This document shows, piece after piece, positions 9,314 through 19,308 of a stretch of DNA of 64,000 nucleotides; position 1 is the stretch's first letter, and each line of letters starts with the position of its first letter. The DNA is from an uncultured bacterium. GTDB lineage: Bacteria; Acidobacteriota; Thermoanaerobaculia; Multivoradales; JAHZIX01. Position numbers and translations under genes: made by a program. Where the stretch lies: assembly GCA_965368975.1 (NCBI GenBank), contig CBDUPA010000020.1, positions 1 through 64,000 of the forward strand, read 5' to 3'. The notes below the pieces were generated by a model. That model was given only the letters and a program-made list of their open reading frames with translations. It searched no databases and was not told where the DNA came from.

Positions 9314-10531
9314 ATGTTTACCGGAGCAATCTCACAGAAGCAAGACATCTCGACCCTGGACACCACCTTTGAGGACCTTGGGATCTCAGACACCCTGCTG
9401 GACAGTCTCGACGTGCTCGGCTACGAGCATCCGACACCGATCCAGGCCCAGTGCATTCCCCTGGCCCTCAAGGGCAAGGACGTCATCGGTCTCGCCGAGA
9501 CCGGGTCGGGAAAGACTGCCGCCTTCTGCCTACCCATGGCCGAACGCTTGCCGCACGGGCGCGGCGTTCGCGGCCTGGTCCTATCACCGACGCGCGAGAT
9601 CGCGCTGCAGACCAAGGCCTTCATCAATGCGCTCGGGCATCACCACGACCTGACCGCTGTCTGCGTCATTGGCGGCGTTCGCATGCGGCCACAGATCCAG
9701 CGCCTGCGCGAGAAACCCGACATCATCGTCGCTACCCCTGGCCGCCTACTCGATCACATGGAGCGCGGCAACATCGATCTCAGCCGACTCGAGTTCCTGG
9801 TCATCGATGAGGCTGACCACATGCTCGATCTCGGCTTTCTGCCGCAGATCAGCCGCGTTCTCGAAGCGGTTCCCGACAATCGACAGACCGTGATGTTCTC
9901 GGCGACCATGCCAGACGCGATTGAACGGTTGGCACAGCGCTTCATGAACGACCCAGAGCGTGTCGACATCCTGCCTGCAGGCCGTACTGCCGAAGGGATC
10001 GAACACAGGCTGTACCTGGTGCAGCCAGAAGCCAAGAAGCGTTGCTTGCTCGCACTGTTGGACGAGGAAGAAGGCACCACGCTGGTGTTCATGCGGCGCA
10101 AGATCGATGCCGAGTGGGCCTGCGGTCAGCTGAAGAAAGCCGGCCACGCGGTGGCTCGCATGCACTCGGACTTGTCGCAAAGCCAGCGAGTGCAGGCGCT
10201 GCAGGGATTGCGGGAAGGCGATCACAGGATCCTGGTGGCCACCGACATCGCTGCACGTGGCATCGACATCCCGGCGATCGAACACATCATCAACTTCGAT
10301 ATGCCCGAGACGGTGGAGGACTACATCCACCGTTCCGGCCGCACCGCCCGCGGTATGGCTGGCGGTACCGTGTCCACGATCGCAACCTGGCAAGACAAGG
10401 CGACAGTGCGTCTGATCGAGTCGGCGTTGGGCGAAGAGTTGCCCCGCCACAACGTCGAAGGTATCCCTGCCTACGAGGAGCGCAAGACCCGGATCAAGGG
10501 CCGGAAGGTACTGCGCCGCAGATTGCTGTGA
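9314..10531 (+). CDS. DEAD-box ATP-dependent RNA helicase (RhlE-like)
   Basis: Q motif PTPIQ, AETGSGKT, PTRE, TPGR, DEAD, SAT, ARGID, HRSGRTAR. Confidence 0.95.
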   Translation: MFTGAISQKQDISTLDTTFEDLGISDTLLDSLDVLGYEHPTPIQAQCIPLALKGKDVIGLAETGSGKTAAFCLPMAERLPHGRGVRGLVLSPTREIALQTKAFINALGHHHDLTAVCVIGGVRMRPQIQRLREKPDIIVATPGRLLDHMERGNIDLSRLEFLVIDEADHMLDLGFLPQISRVLEAVPDNRQTVMFSATMPDAIERLAQRFMNDPERVDILPAGRTAEGIEHRLYLVQPEAKKRCLLALLDEEEGTTLVFMRRKIDAEWACGQLKKAGHAVARMHSDLSQSQRVQALQGLREGDHRILVATDIAARGIDIPAIEHIINFDMPETVEDYIHRSGRTARGMAGGTVSTIATWQDKATVRLIESALGEELPRHNVEGIPAYEERKTRIKGRKVLRRRLL

Positions 10532-11004
10532 CGGAGGTCTTCTCGGCGCCGGCGGGTGTGTACGTCGAGAGGAGTTTCGAGGAACTCACGGTCCACGAGC
10601 TGTATGCGCTGCTGCGCCTGCGTTCCGAGGTCTTCGTGGTCGAACAGAACTGCGTTTACCCAGACCTGGACGGCAAGGACCAGATCAGCAGGCACCTCTT
10701 CTTCCAGCGTGACGGGGCGCCGCTCGCCTACTGTCGCTGGTATTGCAGTGCTGGTGACGTCGTGCTGGGGCGCATCGTGACCTCTTCCGCAGGGCGGGGG
10801 CTGGGCCTGGGCAGGGCTCTGATGGAGGAAGCCCTGCGTCGTATCGATGGGCAGCAGGTGCGCCTCAGCGCGCAGGCGCATCTGCAAGACTTCTATCGCC
10901 AGTTCGGCTTCCGCAGCCAGGGCGAGTTGTACGATGATGCTGGCATTCCACATGTGACCATGGTTCGAGCGGCCTTAGAGCAGGAACAGCCAGCAACGAG
11001 CTGA
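10528..11004 (+). CDS. elaA: ElaA-family GNAT acetyltransferase
   Basis: ELYALLRLRSEVFVVEQNCVYPDLDGKD, GRGLGLG, SAQAHLQDFY..FGF, DAGIPH; GTGA overlap with the helicase stop. Confidence 0.88.
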   Translation: MTEVFSAPAGVYVERSFEELTVHELYALLRLRSEVFVVEQNCVYPDLDGKDQISRHLFFQRDGAPLAYCRWYCSAGDVVLGRIVTSSAGRGLGLGRALMEEALRRIDGQQVRLSAQAHLQDFYRQFGFRSQGELYDDAGIPHVTMVRAALEQEQPATS

Positions 11005-11071
11005 GTCCTGAAGGTGTGCACGGGAAAATCCACTGGACTCGGGGCACGTGACTGACGAAAGAGAGCAGCGT

Positions 11072-11806
11072 ATGACCGACGAGAAAGTGCTCGATTCTGG
11101 CGACATCTTGCGCCGAACGGTAGTCGTGGTGTTCAAGCATCTACCACAGCTGACCTTCATCACGGTGGTTGTCTATCTGCCACTGCTGCTACTCCGGTTC
11201 TGGTCTCTTGCCGATGCAACTGCGCCGTCCGCAGCGACCTCACCGGAACTCCAGAACCTCAGGGCCGGATGCCTCGAGCTACTCCTCCTGCTGTTGTCCG
11301 TGGTCGTTACCCAAGCTCAGGCAGGCGCCTTCGCCCTCGGCATCTTCGAGAGCCTGTGTGGTCGACCCTTCCGGACGATGGCATCCCTCGGAGTCGCGGG
11401 GCGTCGTCTCTTTCCCCTCGTAGTAGCGGCAATCTTGGTGGGCCTATGTGTCGCAGGTGGATTCCTCCTCTTCATCCTTCCGGGGCTCATTGTCGGACTC
11501 GGCCTGGTGGTTGTGACCCCGGTGGTCATCGTCGAGCGCCTTGGGCCCTTGGCGGCGTTACGCCGCAGCTGGAATCTCACCGCAGGCAACAAGTTCCGTA
11601 TCTTCTTCCCCATCTCGCTTTGGGGGGCACTGTCCTTGCTCGGTCAGTTCCTCGTTGAACGAGGTGGGCGGTATGGCGTGCTCGCCGAACTCCTGGTGAT
11701 CTTCATCAGCTTCTTCTCGGCTACCACGATCACGCTGATCTACCATGACCTGCGGGGTATCAAGGACGGTCTTGGAGCGGAAGACCTGGTCGCGGTTTTC
11801 GAGTGA
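11072..11806 (+). CDS. Uncharacterised multi-TM membrane protein (GDPD-membrane-domain/YciC-like)
   Basis: About six hydrophobic helices; PVVIVERLGPLAALRRSWNLT and YHDLR..KDG motifs; alternative start GTG 11048. Confidence 0.7.
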   Translation: MTDEKVLDSGDILRRTVVVVFKHLPQLTFITVVVYLPLLLLRFWSLADATAPSAATSPELQNLRAGCLELLLLLLSVVVTQAQAGAFALGIFESLCGRPFRTMASLGVAGRRLFPLVVAAILVGLCVAGGFLLFILPGLIVGLGLVVVTPVVIVERLGPLAALRRSWNLTAGNKFRIFFPISLWGALSLLGQFLVERGGRYGVLAELLVIFISFFSATTITLIYHDLRGIKDGLGAEDLVAVFE

Positions 11807-12576
11807 GTCGCGAGATCCCCTGCCGGCCGCTGTCGCGGAACTCCATGGCTACGGCCGGCACGGTGATCTCTGTCCTGCGTGCCGTCGGTTCGCTCACCGT
11901 CGTCCTTCTGGTGCTCGCCACCTGCCTCGTTTCCTCCGTGTTCGCAGCCGAACCAGCCGTGGAGGACGCGCAGTTGCAGCAGATCGTCCAGAGCGTCCTC
12001 GAGGACGACCAGTACCAGCTGCAGCTGCCGGACGAAGAGATCGACGAGGAGGAAGTCCCGAGCTGGCTGCGCTGGCTCATGAGCCTGAACCTGCCGACCT
12101 TCGGCTTGGGGCAGATCGTGCTGATTCTGCTGGCGCTCGCCGCCGTCGTTCTCTTGGTACTCGGCGTCCTGGCCTCGCTGCGCCGGCGCAGCTGGGAGCA
12201 AGCGGCGAGCCAAGACACCGGCTCGACCTTCAGTCCGGCCGGGCCGTTGCCGTTCCGGCCGGTGACCCTGGGCGAAGCTGAGGCCGCTGCAGCCCGAGGC
12301 CACTATGGCGAGGCCGTCCACCTGCTGCTCCTGCACGCGCTGGGTCTTCTCAAGCGGCAGCAGCCGCGTGCGGTGAGCAAAGCTCGCACCAGTCGCGAGG
12401 TGCTCGGTCGCGTACGCCTGCCGCAGCTGGCCCAGGAAGCATTGGAAACTCTCGTCGGCAAGACCGAGAGCTGGTTGTTCGGTGGTCGCGAACTGGGGGA
12501 GCCGGACTATCGTGGCTGCCTGGAGGCTTGCCGGACCCTTCGGCAGTCATCCAGCGCAGGGAATGTCGGTACATGA
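11803..12576 (+). CDS. DUF4129-domain membrane protein
   Basis: N-terminal signal/TM; AAARGHYGEAVHLL, RTSRE, WLFGGR..Y pattern; operon context. Confidence 0.72.
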   Translation: MSREIPCRPLSRNSMATAGTVISVLRAVGSLTVVLLVLATCLVSSVFAAEPAVEDAQLQQIVQSVLEDDQYQLQLPDEEIDEEEVPSWLRWLMSLNLPTFGLGQIVLILLALAAVVLLVLGVLASLRRRSWEQAASQDTGSTFSPAGPLPFRPVTLGEAEAAAARGHYGEAVHLLLLHALGLLKRQQPRAVSKARTSREVLGRVRLPQLAQEALETLVGKTESWLFGGRELGEPDYRGCLEACRTLRQSSSAGNVGT

Positions 12577-13844
12577 GCCGAGCAGCGCCGACGCCAGGTC
12601 GCAGTCAAGGTCTGTTCGATCCCCGGCATGCTCGATGGTTGCTGATCGCAGGTGGCCTGAGCGTTGCCGTGACGCTGATCGGCATGCTCTTTCTGGAGCC
12701 GCCTGAAGACGTTGTGACATCGGACACCAACAGTTTCAGCACCTCCGCGATCGGCCACCAAGCCGTGACGCAGTTTCTGCGCGACGCCGGGTTGGGAGTG
12801 CAGGTCAGTCGCTATGACAGCTTGTCCAGAGCGTCCAGTGACAAGAGTGCTCTGTGGCTGATCGAGCCTCAGTACGGAGCCCTGGAAGCCACCCTGGGCC
12901 TGTGGTCGGCCGCAATCGACCGCGAGGTTCCGGTGCTGCTGGTGCTGCCCAAGTGGCGCGGCTTGCCGCAGCCAGAGGAGCCCCGGTGGTTGCAGCGTTT
13001 GGAGCTGCGTGGCACCTTCGAGCTGGAAGCTCAGGTGCAGCAGCTTCTCGACTTGGACGAAGTCGAGATGGAAGGCCTCTTGCTGCGGCCGTCGGTGACC
13101 AGCGGCCCCTGGGAGTCACCTTGGCCGGGCCTGGATCTCGAGCTACCGCAGCCGCAGCTGTTGCGGCTACCGAAGCAGTTCCTGCTCCCCGTCGTATCGA
13201 CCCATGAGGGCGTTCTGCTCGGACGCGTGCCGGGAGTCGAGGCATATGTGCTGAGCGACCCGGACCTGCTCAACACCCGCGGCTTGGGCAAGGCGGACAA
13301 CGCGCTGCTCACGTATCGCCTGGCGAGGCACGTGGGTGCCGCTGGTGCACTCGTGGTGGATGAGACGCTGCATGGCTTCGACTACCATCCGTCGTTGGTG
13401 CGCGAATTGCTGTCCTATCCCTTGGTGCTGGTCTTCGGGCACATCCTGGTGTTGTTGATCGCCCTGCTGTGGGCGGCCAGCCAGCGCTTCGGTAGGGCTC
13501 TGCCGCCGCCCCCGCGCCTGGTGCCCGGCAAAGAGACCCTGATCGAAAACACTGCCGAACTCCTGCACGGTGGCGCCCACACGGCCTATGGTCTGCGCCG
13601 TTATCTGCAGTTGACGGTACGGCTGGTGGCGAGTGCCTGCAGTCTGCCGGAAGACCTGAAACCTGAAGCTCGCCTAGAGCGGTTGGCCGCCATCGGGCGC
13701 GGGCGCGGTGTCCGTTCCGATGTCCGGCACTTGGCTGAACGCGTCGACCAGCTGTCGCCCCGAGGGCTCGACGCACGCCGTGCCCTCCGGTTGGGGCAGG
13801 CAATCCACCGCTGGCGCAAGGAGATGACCGATGGAATTGCTTGA
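12573..13844 (+). CDS. DUF4350-domain membrane-anchored protein
   Basis: N-terminal [35 protein letters not shown] then RFGR; ATGA coupling. Confidence 0.75.
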   Translation: MSRAAPTPGRSQGLFDPRHARWLLIAGGLSVAVTLIGMLFLEPPEDVVTSDTNSFSTSAIGHQAVTQFLRDAGLGVQVSRYDSLSRASSDKSALWLIEPQYGALEATLGLWSAAIDREVPVLLVLPKWRGLPQPEEPRWLQRLELRGTFELEAQVQQLLDLDEVEMEGLLLRPSVTSGPWESPWPGLDLELPQPQLLRLPKQFLLPVVSTHEGVLLGRVPGVEAYVLSDPDLLNTRGLGKADNALLTYRLARHVGAAGALVVDETLHGFDYHPSLVRELLSYPLVLVFGHILVLLIALLWAASQRFGRALPPPPRLVPGKETLIENTAELLHGGAHTAYGLRRYLQLTVRLVASACSLPEDLKPEARLERLAAIGRGRGVRSDVRHLAERVDQLSPRGLDARRALRLGQAIHRWRKEMTDGIA

Positions 13845-14787
13845 GATCCGACAATTGACTCACAACCTGAAGGAGCAACTGGCCCGCGTCGTCGTGGGCC
13901 AGGCGGACGCGGTCGAAGGGTTGCTGGTCGCCCTGCTCAGTGAGGGCCATGTTCTCCTCGAAGGTCCTCCCGGTACCGCCAAAACGCTGCTGGCGCGCAC
14001 CTTCGCGGCGTCCTTGGGCCTGAGCTTCCAGCGTGTCCAGTTCACGCCCGATCTCATGCCCGGCGACCTCATCGGTACCAATCTGTACAACTTCCAAACC
14101 GGTCGCTTCACCCTCACCCAAGGGCCGGTGTTCACCGACTTCTTGCTGGCAGACGAGATCAACCGAACGCCTCCCAAGACGCAATCGGCTTTGTTGCAGG
14201 CGATGCAGGAGCGCATGGTGACCCTGGATGGGGCCACGCACGAACTGTCTGGCGGCTTCTTTGTCGTGGCGACGCAAAACCCAATCGAGCAAGAGGGGAC
14301 CTACCCGCTGCCCGAGGCGCAGCTGGACCGCTTCCTGCTCAAGTTGGAAATTCCGTATCCGTCACGCGAGGAGGAGTTGGACATCGTGCGTCTACACGGA
14401 CATCGCACCGCCATGCCGCGCCTCGAGAGCTTCGAGCTGCAGCCGATGGCGACGCTGGAGACCCTGCAGCAGGCGCGCGCCGCCGTACAGCAAGTGCGGT
14501 TGAGTGAAGAAGTCGTCACCTATGTCGTCGACTTGGTGCGCGCTACGCGTGAGCACGCTTTCGTCCAGCACGGCGCGTCGCCACGCGCCGCCAACATGTT
14601 GGCGACCGCCAGCCGTGCCTTGGCGGTGCTCCAGGGGCGTGACTTCGTGCTGCCGGACGACGTCAAGAGCCTCTTGTTGCCTGTGCTGCGGCACCGTGTG
14701 GTGCTGGCGCCGTCCGCCGAAATCGACGGTCAAACGCCGGACAGCGTTCTGAGCCTGATCGTGGAGCAAGTACCGGCGCCGCGCTGA
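13831..14787 (+). CDS. moxR: MoxR-family AAA+ ATPase
   Basis: [72 protein letters not shown]. Confidence 0.95.
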   Translation: MELLEIRQLTHNLKEQLARVVVGQADAVEGLLVALLSEGHVLLEGPPGTAKTLLARTFAASLGLSFQRVQFTPDLMPGDLIGTNLYNFQTGRFTLTQGPVFTDFLLADEINRTPPKTQSALLQAMQERMVTLDGATHELSGGFFVVATQNPIEQEGTYPLPEAQLDRFLLKLEIPYPSREEELDIVRLHGHRTAMPRLESFELQPMATLETLQQARAAVQQVRLSEEVVTYVVDLVRATREHAFVQHGASPRAANMLATASRALAVLQGRDFVLPDDVKSLLLPVLRHRVVLAPSAEIDGQTPDSVLSLIVEQVPAPR

Positions 14788-14832
14788 CACTGCTCAGGCG
14801 TACTTCACCATCACTGAAGAGAAGGAATCCTC

Positions 14833-16140
14833 GTGCAACCGTCCCCCCGCGCACTCCTCTTGCTCACCGCCGGCCTGCTGCCGGCGGTGCTACCGTCGTT
14901 GACGGTGCCGCAAGTCGGGGTCGCGTGGGGTGTGTACTTTACGCTCGTGGTCTTCGCCTGCGGTCTCGACGCCCTGCTCAGCCCGCGTCGAGACGACCTG
15001 AGCGTCGAGTTGCAGGTGCCGAAGCAAATCCCTCTGGGAGAAGAGATGTGGGCCGAGGTGCGCTTGCAGTTGCCCTCGGACCGGCCACTCGATGCGAGCG
15101 TGTTGCTCGACCTCGACGAACTCCTCGAGCCGCAGGCGCCAGCCGAGCTGAAGATCGCTCGCGGGGGAACCGATGTGCAGGTGCCGCTGGTGGCTCACCG
15201 ACGGGGCACCGCGAGTGTCGAGGGTGCGTGGGTGCGCTACGCTGGACCGCTCGGCTTGATGCTGCGTACCGTGCACCGGCCGCTGCAGCGCAAGATCATC
15301 GTCGTGCCGAGTCTGCAGCTGGTCTACCGCGCCGCGCTCAGCTTCAGCTCGCGCAACAACGACCTGCGCGGCCTCAAGATCGAGAAGTTTCGAGGCGACG
15401 GTAGCGAATTCGTCGCACTGCGCGAGCACCAGCCCGACTTCGACCCCCGCAGTATCGACTGGAAAGCGTCGGCGCGTCATACGCAGCTGCTGAGCCGCGA
15501 GTTCCAAGCCGAGCGCAATCACCAGATCATCTTTGCGCTCGACACGGGCCGCCTGATGGCCGAGCCACTGGCCAACTTGCCACGTGTCGACCATGCCGTG
15601 CATGCCCTGCTGCTCCTGAGCTACGTCTGCCTGCGCCATGGCGACCGCGTCTCCTTGTTCGCCTTCGACGAGAGGCCGCACCGCTTCGTCGCGGCACGGG
15701 GAGGCGTCGGCGCGCTCAGCTCCCTGGTCAGTGCCACTTCCGACCTCGTCTACAGTGAGGCGGAAACCAACTTCACCCTGGGTCTCACCCATCTCGGCCA
15801 GCGCTTGCGTCGGCGCAGCTTGATCGTCGTCCTAACCGACTTCGTCGACTCTGTCAGCGCTGAGCTGATGGTCGACAATGTGCAGCGGCTGGCGCACCGT
15901 CACCTGGTCATTTTCGTCGCCTTGCGCGATCCGCTACTCGGCAGTCTGGTCACCACAGCACCACAAAGCTTGCTCGACGTCGAACGTTCGGTGGTCGCCG
16001 ACTCACTGGTTCAGGAACGGGAGCTCGTCCTGCAGCGCCTGCGCCGCGCCGGCATCCTGTGCGTCGACACCCCGCCGGAGCACCTGGGGCCCGATCTGCT
16101 CAATCGCTACTTGCAGGTCAAGCGCCGGGAGATGATCTGA
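14833..16140 (+). CDS. DUF58 (vWA-like) protein
   Basis: GSEFVALREHQP....IDWKASAR, LDTGRLM, LIVVLTDF; follows MoxR. Confidence 0.9.
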   Translation: MQPSPRALLLLTAGLLPAVLPSLTVPQVGVAWGVYFTLVVFACGLDALLSPRRDDLSVELQVPKQIPLGEEMWAEVRLQLPSDRPLDASVLLDLDELLEPQAPAELKIARGGTDVQVPLVAHRRGTASVEGAWVRYAGPLGLMLRTVHRPLQRKIIVVPSLQLVYRAALSFSSRNNDLRGLKIEKFRGDGSEFVALREHQPDFDPRSIDWKASARHTQLLSREFQAERNHQIIFALDTGRLMAEPLANLPRVDHAVHALLLLSYVCLRHGDRVSLFAFDERPHRFVAARGGVGALSSLVSATSDLVYSEAETNFTLGLTHLGQRLRRRSLIVVLTDFVDSVSAELMVDNVQRLAHRHLVIFVALRDPLLGSLVTTAPQSLLDVERSVVADSLVQERELVLQRLRRAGILCVDTPPEHLGPDLLNRYLQVKRREMI

Positions 16141-17192
16141 TGTCCGAGTCTCTTTCCACGTCCGGCTTCCAGCTCAAGTCGACGACCTTCCGCAAGGAGC
16201 GCGAGGCCGCATGGGCAGAACTGGAGGCTCTACTGCAGAAGGCTGACAAGCAGGGCATTCGTGGGTTGGATGCCGGCGACCTCTACCGCCTGCCGGTGCT
16301 CTACCGAGGGGTGCTGTCGTCTCTCTCGGTAGCGCGTTCGATCTCGCTGGACAAGAATGTCATCGCCTACCTCGAGAGCCTGGCCAGCCGTGCGTACGTG
16401 CGCGTCTATGGTGGCCCCGGCGGCTTCTGGAGCCGCTTGGCCGAGTTCTTCAGCGACACCTTCCCGCGCCGGGTCTGGGAGATGCGCCATGCTGTTCTGC
16501 TGTCGATTGTCCTGATGCTGTTGGGCATCGCCTGCGGTTTCGTGCTGACCTTGCAGAACGAGGAGCGCTACTACAGCCTGGTGCCGGACACGATGGCGCA
16601 AGGTCGTTCACCGCTGACCAGTCGCGCCGACTTGCTGAGCATCCTCAAGGACGAAGACGAAACCCCGATCGAAGCGTTGACCGTGTTCGCGTCCATGCTT
16701 TTCACTCACAACGCCGCCATCGGTCTGGGCTGTTTCGTGCTCGGCTTCGCCGCGGGAGTGCCGGTATCGCTCCTGGTCATCTACAACGGCTTGCTCCTTG
16801 GTGCGATGGCGGCCGTCTACCACCAGAAAGGCCTGTCGGTGGAGTTCTGGGCCTGGATTCTGCCGCACGGTGTTACCGAGCTGCTCGCCGTTTGCCTGTG
16901 TGCCGCCGCCGGTCTGATGATCGGGCGGAGCTTGATCTTTCCCGGCCGGTACTCGCGGCTGCACAATCTGGCGCGGCAAGGACGCGAAGCGGCGTCTGTC
17001 GTCGCGGGGGTCGTAGCTCTGTTCTTCGTCGCTGCCCTCATCGAGGGGTTCTTTCGCCAGATGGTGCTCGACGAGTTCTGGCGCTATCTCGTCGTAGGTC
17101 TCACCTCTCTCTGGTGGTTGTACTACTTCCGGCCGCCGGGTCCATCCTTGGCGCAACGCGTCGGCGTCGAATCCGAGGGGCGTCGTTCATGA
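16140..17192 (+). CDS. SpoIIM/DUF95-family membrane protein
   Basis: FTHNA, NGLLLGA, WILPHGVTEL, AALIEGF; TGATG overlap. Confidence 0.88.
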   Translation: MSESLSTSGFQLKSTTFRKEREAAWAELEALLQKADKQGIRGLDAGDLYRLPVLYRGVLSSLSVARSISLDKNVIAYLESLASRAYVRVYGGPGGFWSRLAEFFSDTFPRRVWEMRHAVLLSIVLMLLGIACGFVLTLQNEERYYSLVPDTMAQGRSPLTSRADLLSILKDEDETPIEALTVFASMLFTHNAAIGLGCFVLGFAAGVPVSLLVIYNGLLLGAMAAVYHQKGLSVEFWAWILPHGVTELLAVCLCAAAGLMIGRSLIFPGRYSRLHNLARQGREAASVVAGVVALFFVAALIEGFFRQMVLDEFWRYLVVGLTSLWWLYYFRPPGPSLAQRVGVESEGRRS

Positions 17193-18058
17193 GTGGGTTG
17201 ATCGACAACGACTTCGAAGTTGTCACCCCGGAGCACTTGCGCCTGCGCTTTGGCAGCGGCGATTTTGGACAGCGCGTCGCCGCAGTGATCGCGGACTACG
17301 GCTTGATCGGCGCTGTCCTGTTCGCCATCTGGCTTCTTGTCTTCCTGCTCTTGCTGAGCAACCCCGAGAGCACTGGTGCCGTGGTCATTGCGCTCGTGCT
17401 GTTGTTCGCCTTCTTGCTGCGCAACTTCTACTTCCCCTGGTTCGAGATTCGCTGGCAGGGACGCACTCCCGGCAAGCGTTGGCAGGGTCTGCGCGTCATC
17501 TCGCGCGATGGCGGCCCCCTGACCGCGGGCCAGGTCTTCGCGCGCAACCTGACGCGGGAGTTTGAGATCTTCATGCCGTTGACCATGATGCTGTCGCCGG
17601 AGACGTTGATGCCCAACGCTTCCGGTTGGTTCATCCTTCTTGGGGCAGTCTGGGCTTTCGCCCTGCTACTTCTGCCGTTCCTCAATCGCCATCGCTGCCG
17701 TCTGGGAGACCTGGTGGCGGGGACTGTCGTCGTGTCTGAGCCCAAAGCGGAACTGTTGCCCGACCTGGCCGATGGTGTCTCGAGCGCAGATGCCGACTAC
17801 CACTTCACGGTCGAGCAGCTCGACCTCTACGGCATTCACGAGCTACAGGTGCTCGAAGACATCCTGCGCCGCGACCTGGACTCGACGACCCGCGAGTTGA
17901 TGTCCAAAGTCTGCGCCAAGATCCGGCAGAAGATCGACTGGCCGGCTGAAGAGAAGGTGCACCCCATCAACTTCCTCAAGGCCTTCTATGCCGCCCAGCG
18001 TGCCCGCCTGGAGCAGCGGATGCTGCTCGGTGAGCGGCGCGAGAAGAAGGTTCGATGA
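17189..18058 (+). CDS. RDD-family membrane protein
   Basis: VTPE, QRVAAVIADY, GRTPGKR..GLRVI, RNL.R, RLGDLVAGTVV. Confidence 0.9.
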   Translation: MSGLIDNDFEVVTPEHLRLRFGSGDFGQRVAAVIADYGLIGAVLFAIWLLVFLLLLSNPESTGAVVIALVLLFAFLLRNFYFPWFEIRWQGRTPGKRWQGLRVISRDGGPLTAGQVFARNLTREFEIFMPLTMMLSPETLMPNASGWFILLGAVWAFALLLLPFLNRHRCRLGDLVAGTVVVSEPKAELLPDLADGVSSADADYHFTVEQLDLYGIHELQVLEDILRRDLDSTTRELMSKVCAKIRQKIDWPAEEKVHPINFLKAFYAAQRARLEQRMLLGERREKKVR

Positions 18059-18696
18059 CGGTTCCCGTGGAGCTGACCGAGCTGCGGCACGACATCGCCC
18101 TCCGCGATCACGTGCGTGCCCGCCTGCTCGCCTTCGAGCGTCGAACCCTACCGCTCGCCGACCGTCGACGCGCTGCCGTCACGGTAACCTTGCTGCCCGA
18201 CGAACTCGGCACGCCGTGCTTCGTCCTCACCCGCCGCTCCGCGCTCAAGCGCCACAGTCGTCAGTGGGCGCTGCCCGGTGGCCGGGTCGATCCCGGCGAG
18301 AGCGTCGAGCAAGCGGCACTGCGCGAGCTGGAAGAAGAAGTCGGCGTACAGCTGGCACCGGACCAGATTCTCGGCTCTCTCGACGACTACGCCACCCGTT
18401 CGGGTTTCCTCATCACTCCGGTCGTCACCTGGTCCAGCGAGCCGCGAATCCTCGTCCCAGATCCCGGTGAAGTCGCCGCCGCCTACCAAATTCCGGTGGC
18501 CGAACTCGATCACCCCGATTGCCCGATCCTGCGTGACATCCCGGAGAGCGACCGGCCGGTGCTGTCCGTGCCGCTGATGGGCTCGGAGATCTTCGCGCCG
18601 ACAGCCGCCGTGCTCTACCAGATGGTCGAGGTGCTGTTCCGCGGTCGCCACACGCGAGTGGCACAATACGAGCAGCCGGTCTTCGCCTGGCGCTGA
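18055..18696 (+). CDS. Nudix hydrolase, CoA pyrophosphatase (NudL/Pcd1) subfamily
   Basis: LTRRSALKRHSRQWALPGG, AALRELEEEVG Nudix box, PDPGEV. Confidence 0.88.
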   Translation: MTVPVELTELRHDIALRDHVRARLLAFERRTLPLADRRRAAVTVTLLPDELGTPCFVLTRRSALKRHSRQWALPGGRVDPGESVEQAALRELEEEVGVQLAPDQILGSLDDYATRSGFLITPVVTWSSEPRILVPDPGEVAAAYQIPVAELDHPDCPILRDIPESDRPVLSVPLMGSEIFAPTAAVLYQMVEVLFRGRHTRVAQYEQPVFAWR

Positions 18697-18735
18697 GCTC
18701 GACCCTTTGCCGAGATTCCATACAGGGAGACACCC

Positions 18736-19308
18736 ATGTTCGAGTACGTGACCCCCATCGACTTGCCCTCCATCCGCAGTTCCCTGCGCACTCTGAATGC
18801 GGAGATCCAGGAGCAGTTGGCGTCCCTGAGCGTCGAGGAGTTCCTCGCACCCCAGGGCGACCACTGGTCACCCGCCGGGCACCTGCGTCATCTCATCAAG
18901 TCCGTGCGCCCGCTGGCCGGTGCCCTCGCCAAGCCGAAGCTAGCTCTATGGTTCCTCTTCGGCAAGGCCAAGGAGGCGTCGCGTAGCCACGACGAGATGG
19001 TGCAGGTCTACCTCGACACCCTCGAGTCGGGCCGCGCCCAGGCCGGCAAGTTCGGGCCTTCGTCGCAGAAGTACGACATGGACGATGCCGCCTTCCGCGA
19101 CCTGGTGCTAGAGCGTTGGCAGAAGGTCAGCGGCGAGCTGGACGCAGTGTTGCAGCGCTGGGACGAGAAGCGTCTGGACCGCTACCAGCTACCGCATCCC
19201 ATCCTGGGCAAGTTGACCGTCCGCGAGATGCTGTTCTTCACGCTCTACCACAACAAGCACCACGCATCGCGGGTGTTCGAGCGGCGGGCCGCGAGCGAAG
19301 GAGCTTGA
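18736..19308 (+). CDS. DinB/YfiT-family protein
   Basis: WSPAGHLRHL and PHPILGKLTVREMLFFTLYHNKHH metal-binding histidines. Confidence 0.85.
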   Translation: MFEYVTPIDLPSIRSSLRTLNAEIQEQLASLSVEEFLAPQGDHWSPAGHLRHLIKSVRPLAGALAKPKLALWFLFGKAKEASRSHDEMVQVYLDTLESGRAQAGKFGPSSQKYDMDDAAFRDLVLERWQKVSGELDAVLQRWDEKRLDRYQLPHPILGKLTVREMLFFTLYHNKHHASRVFERRAASEGA

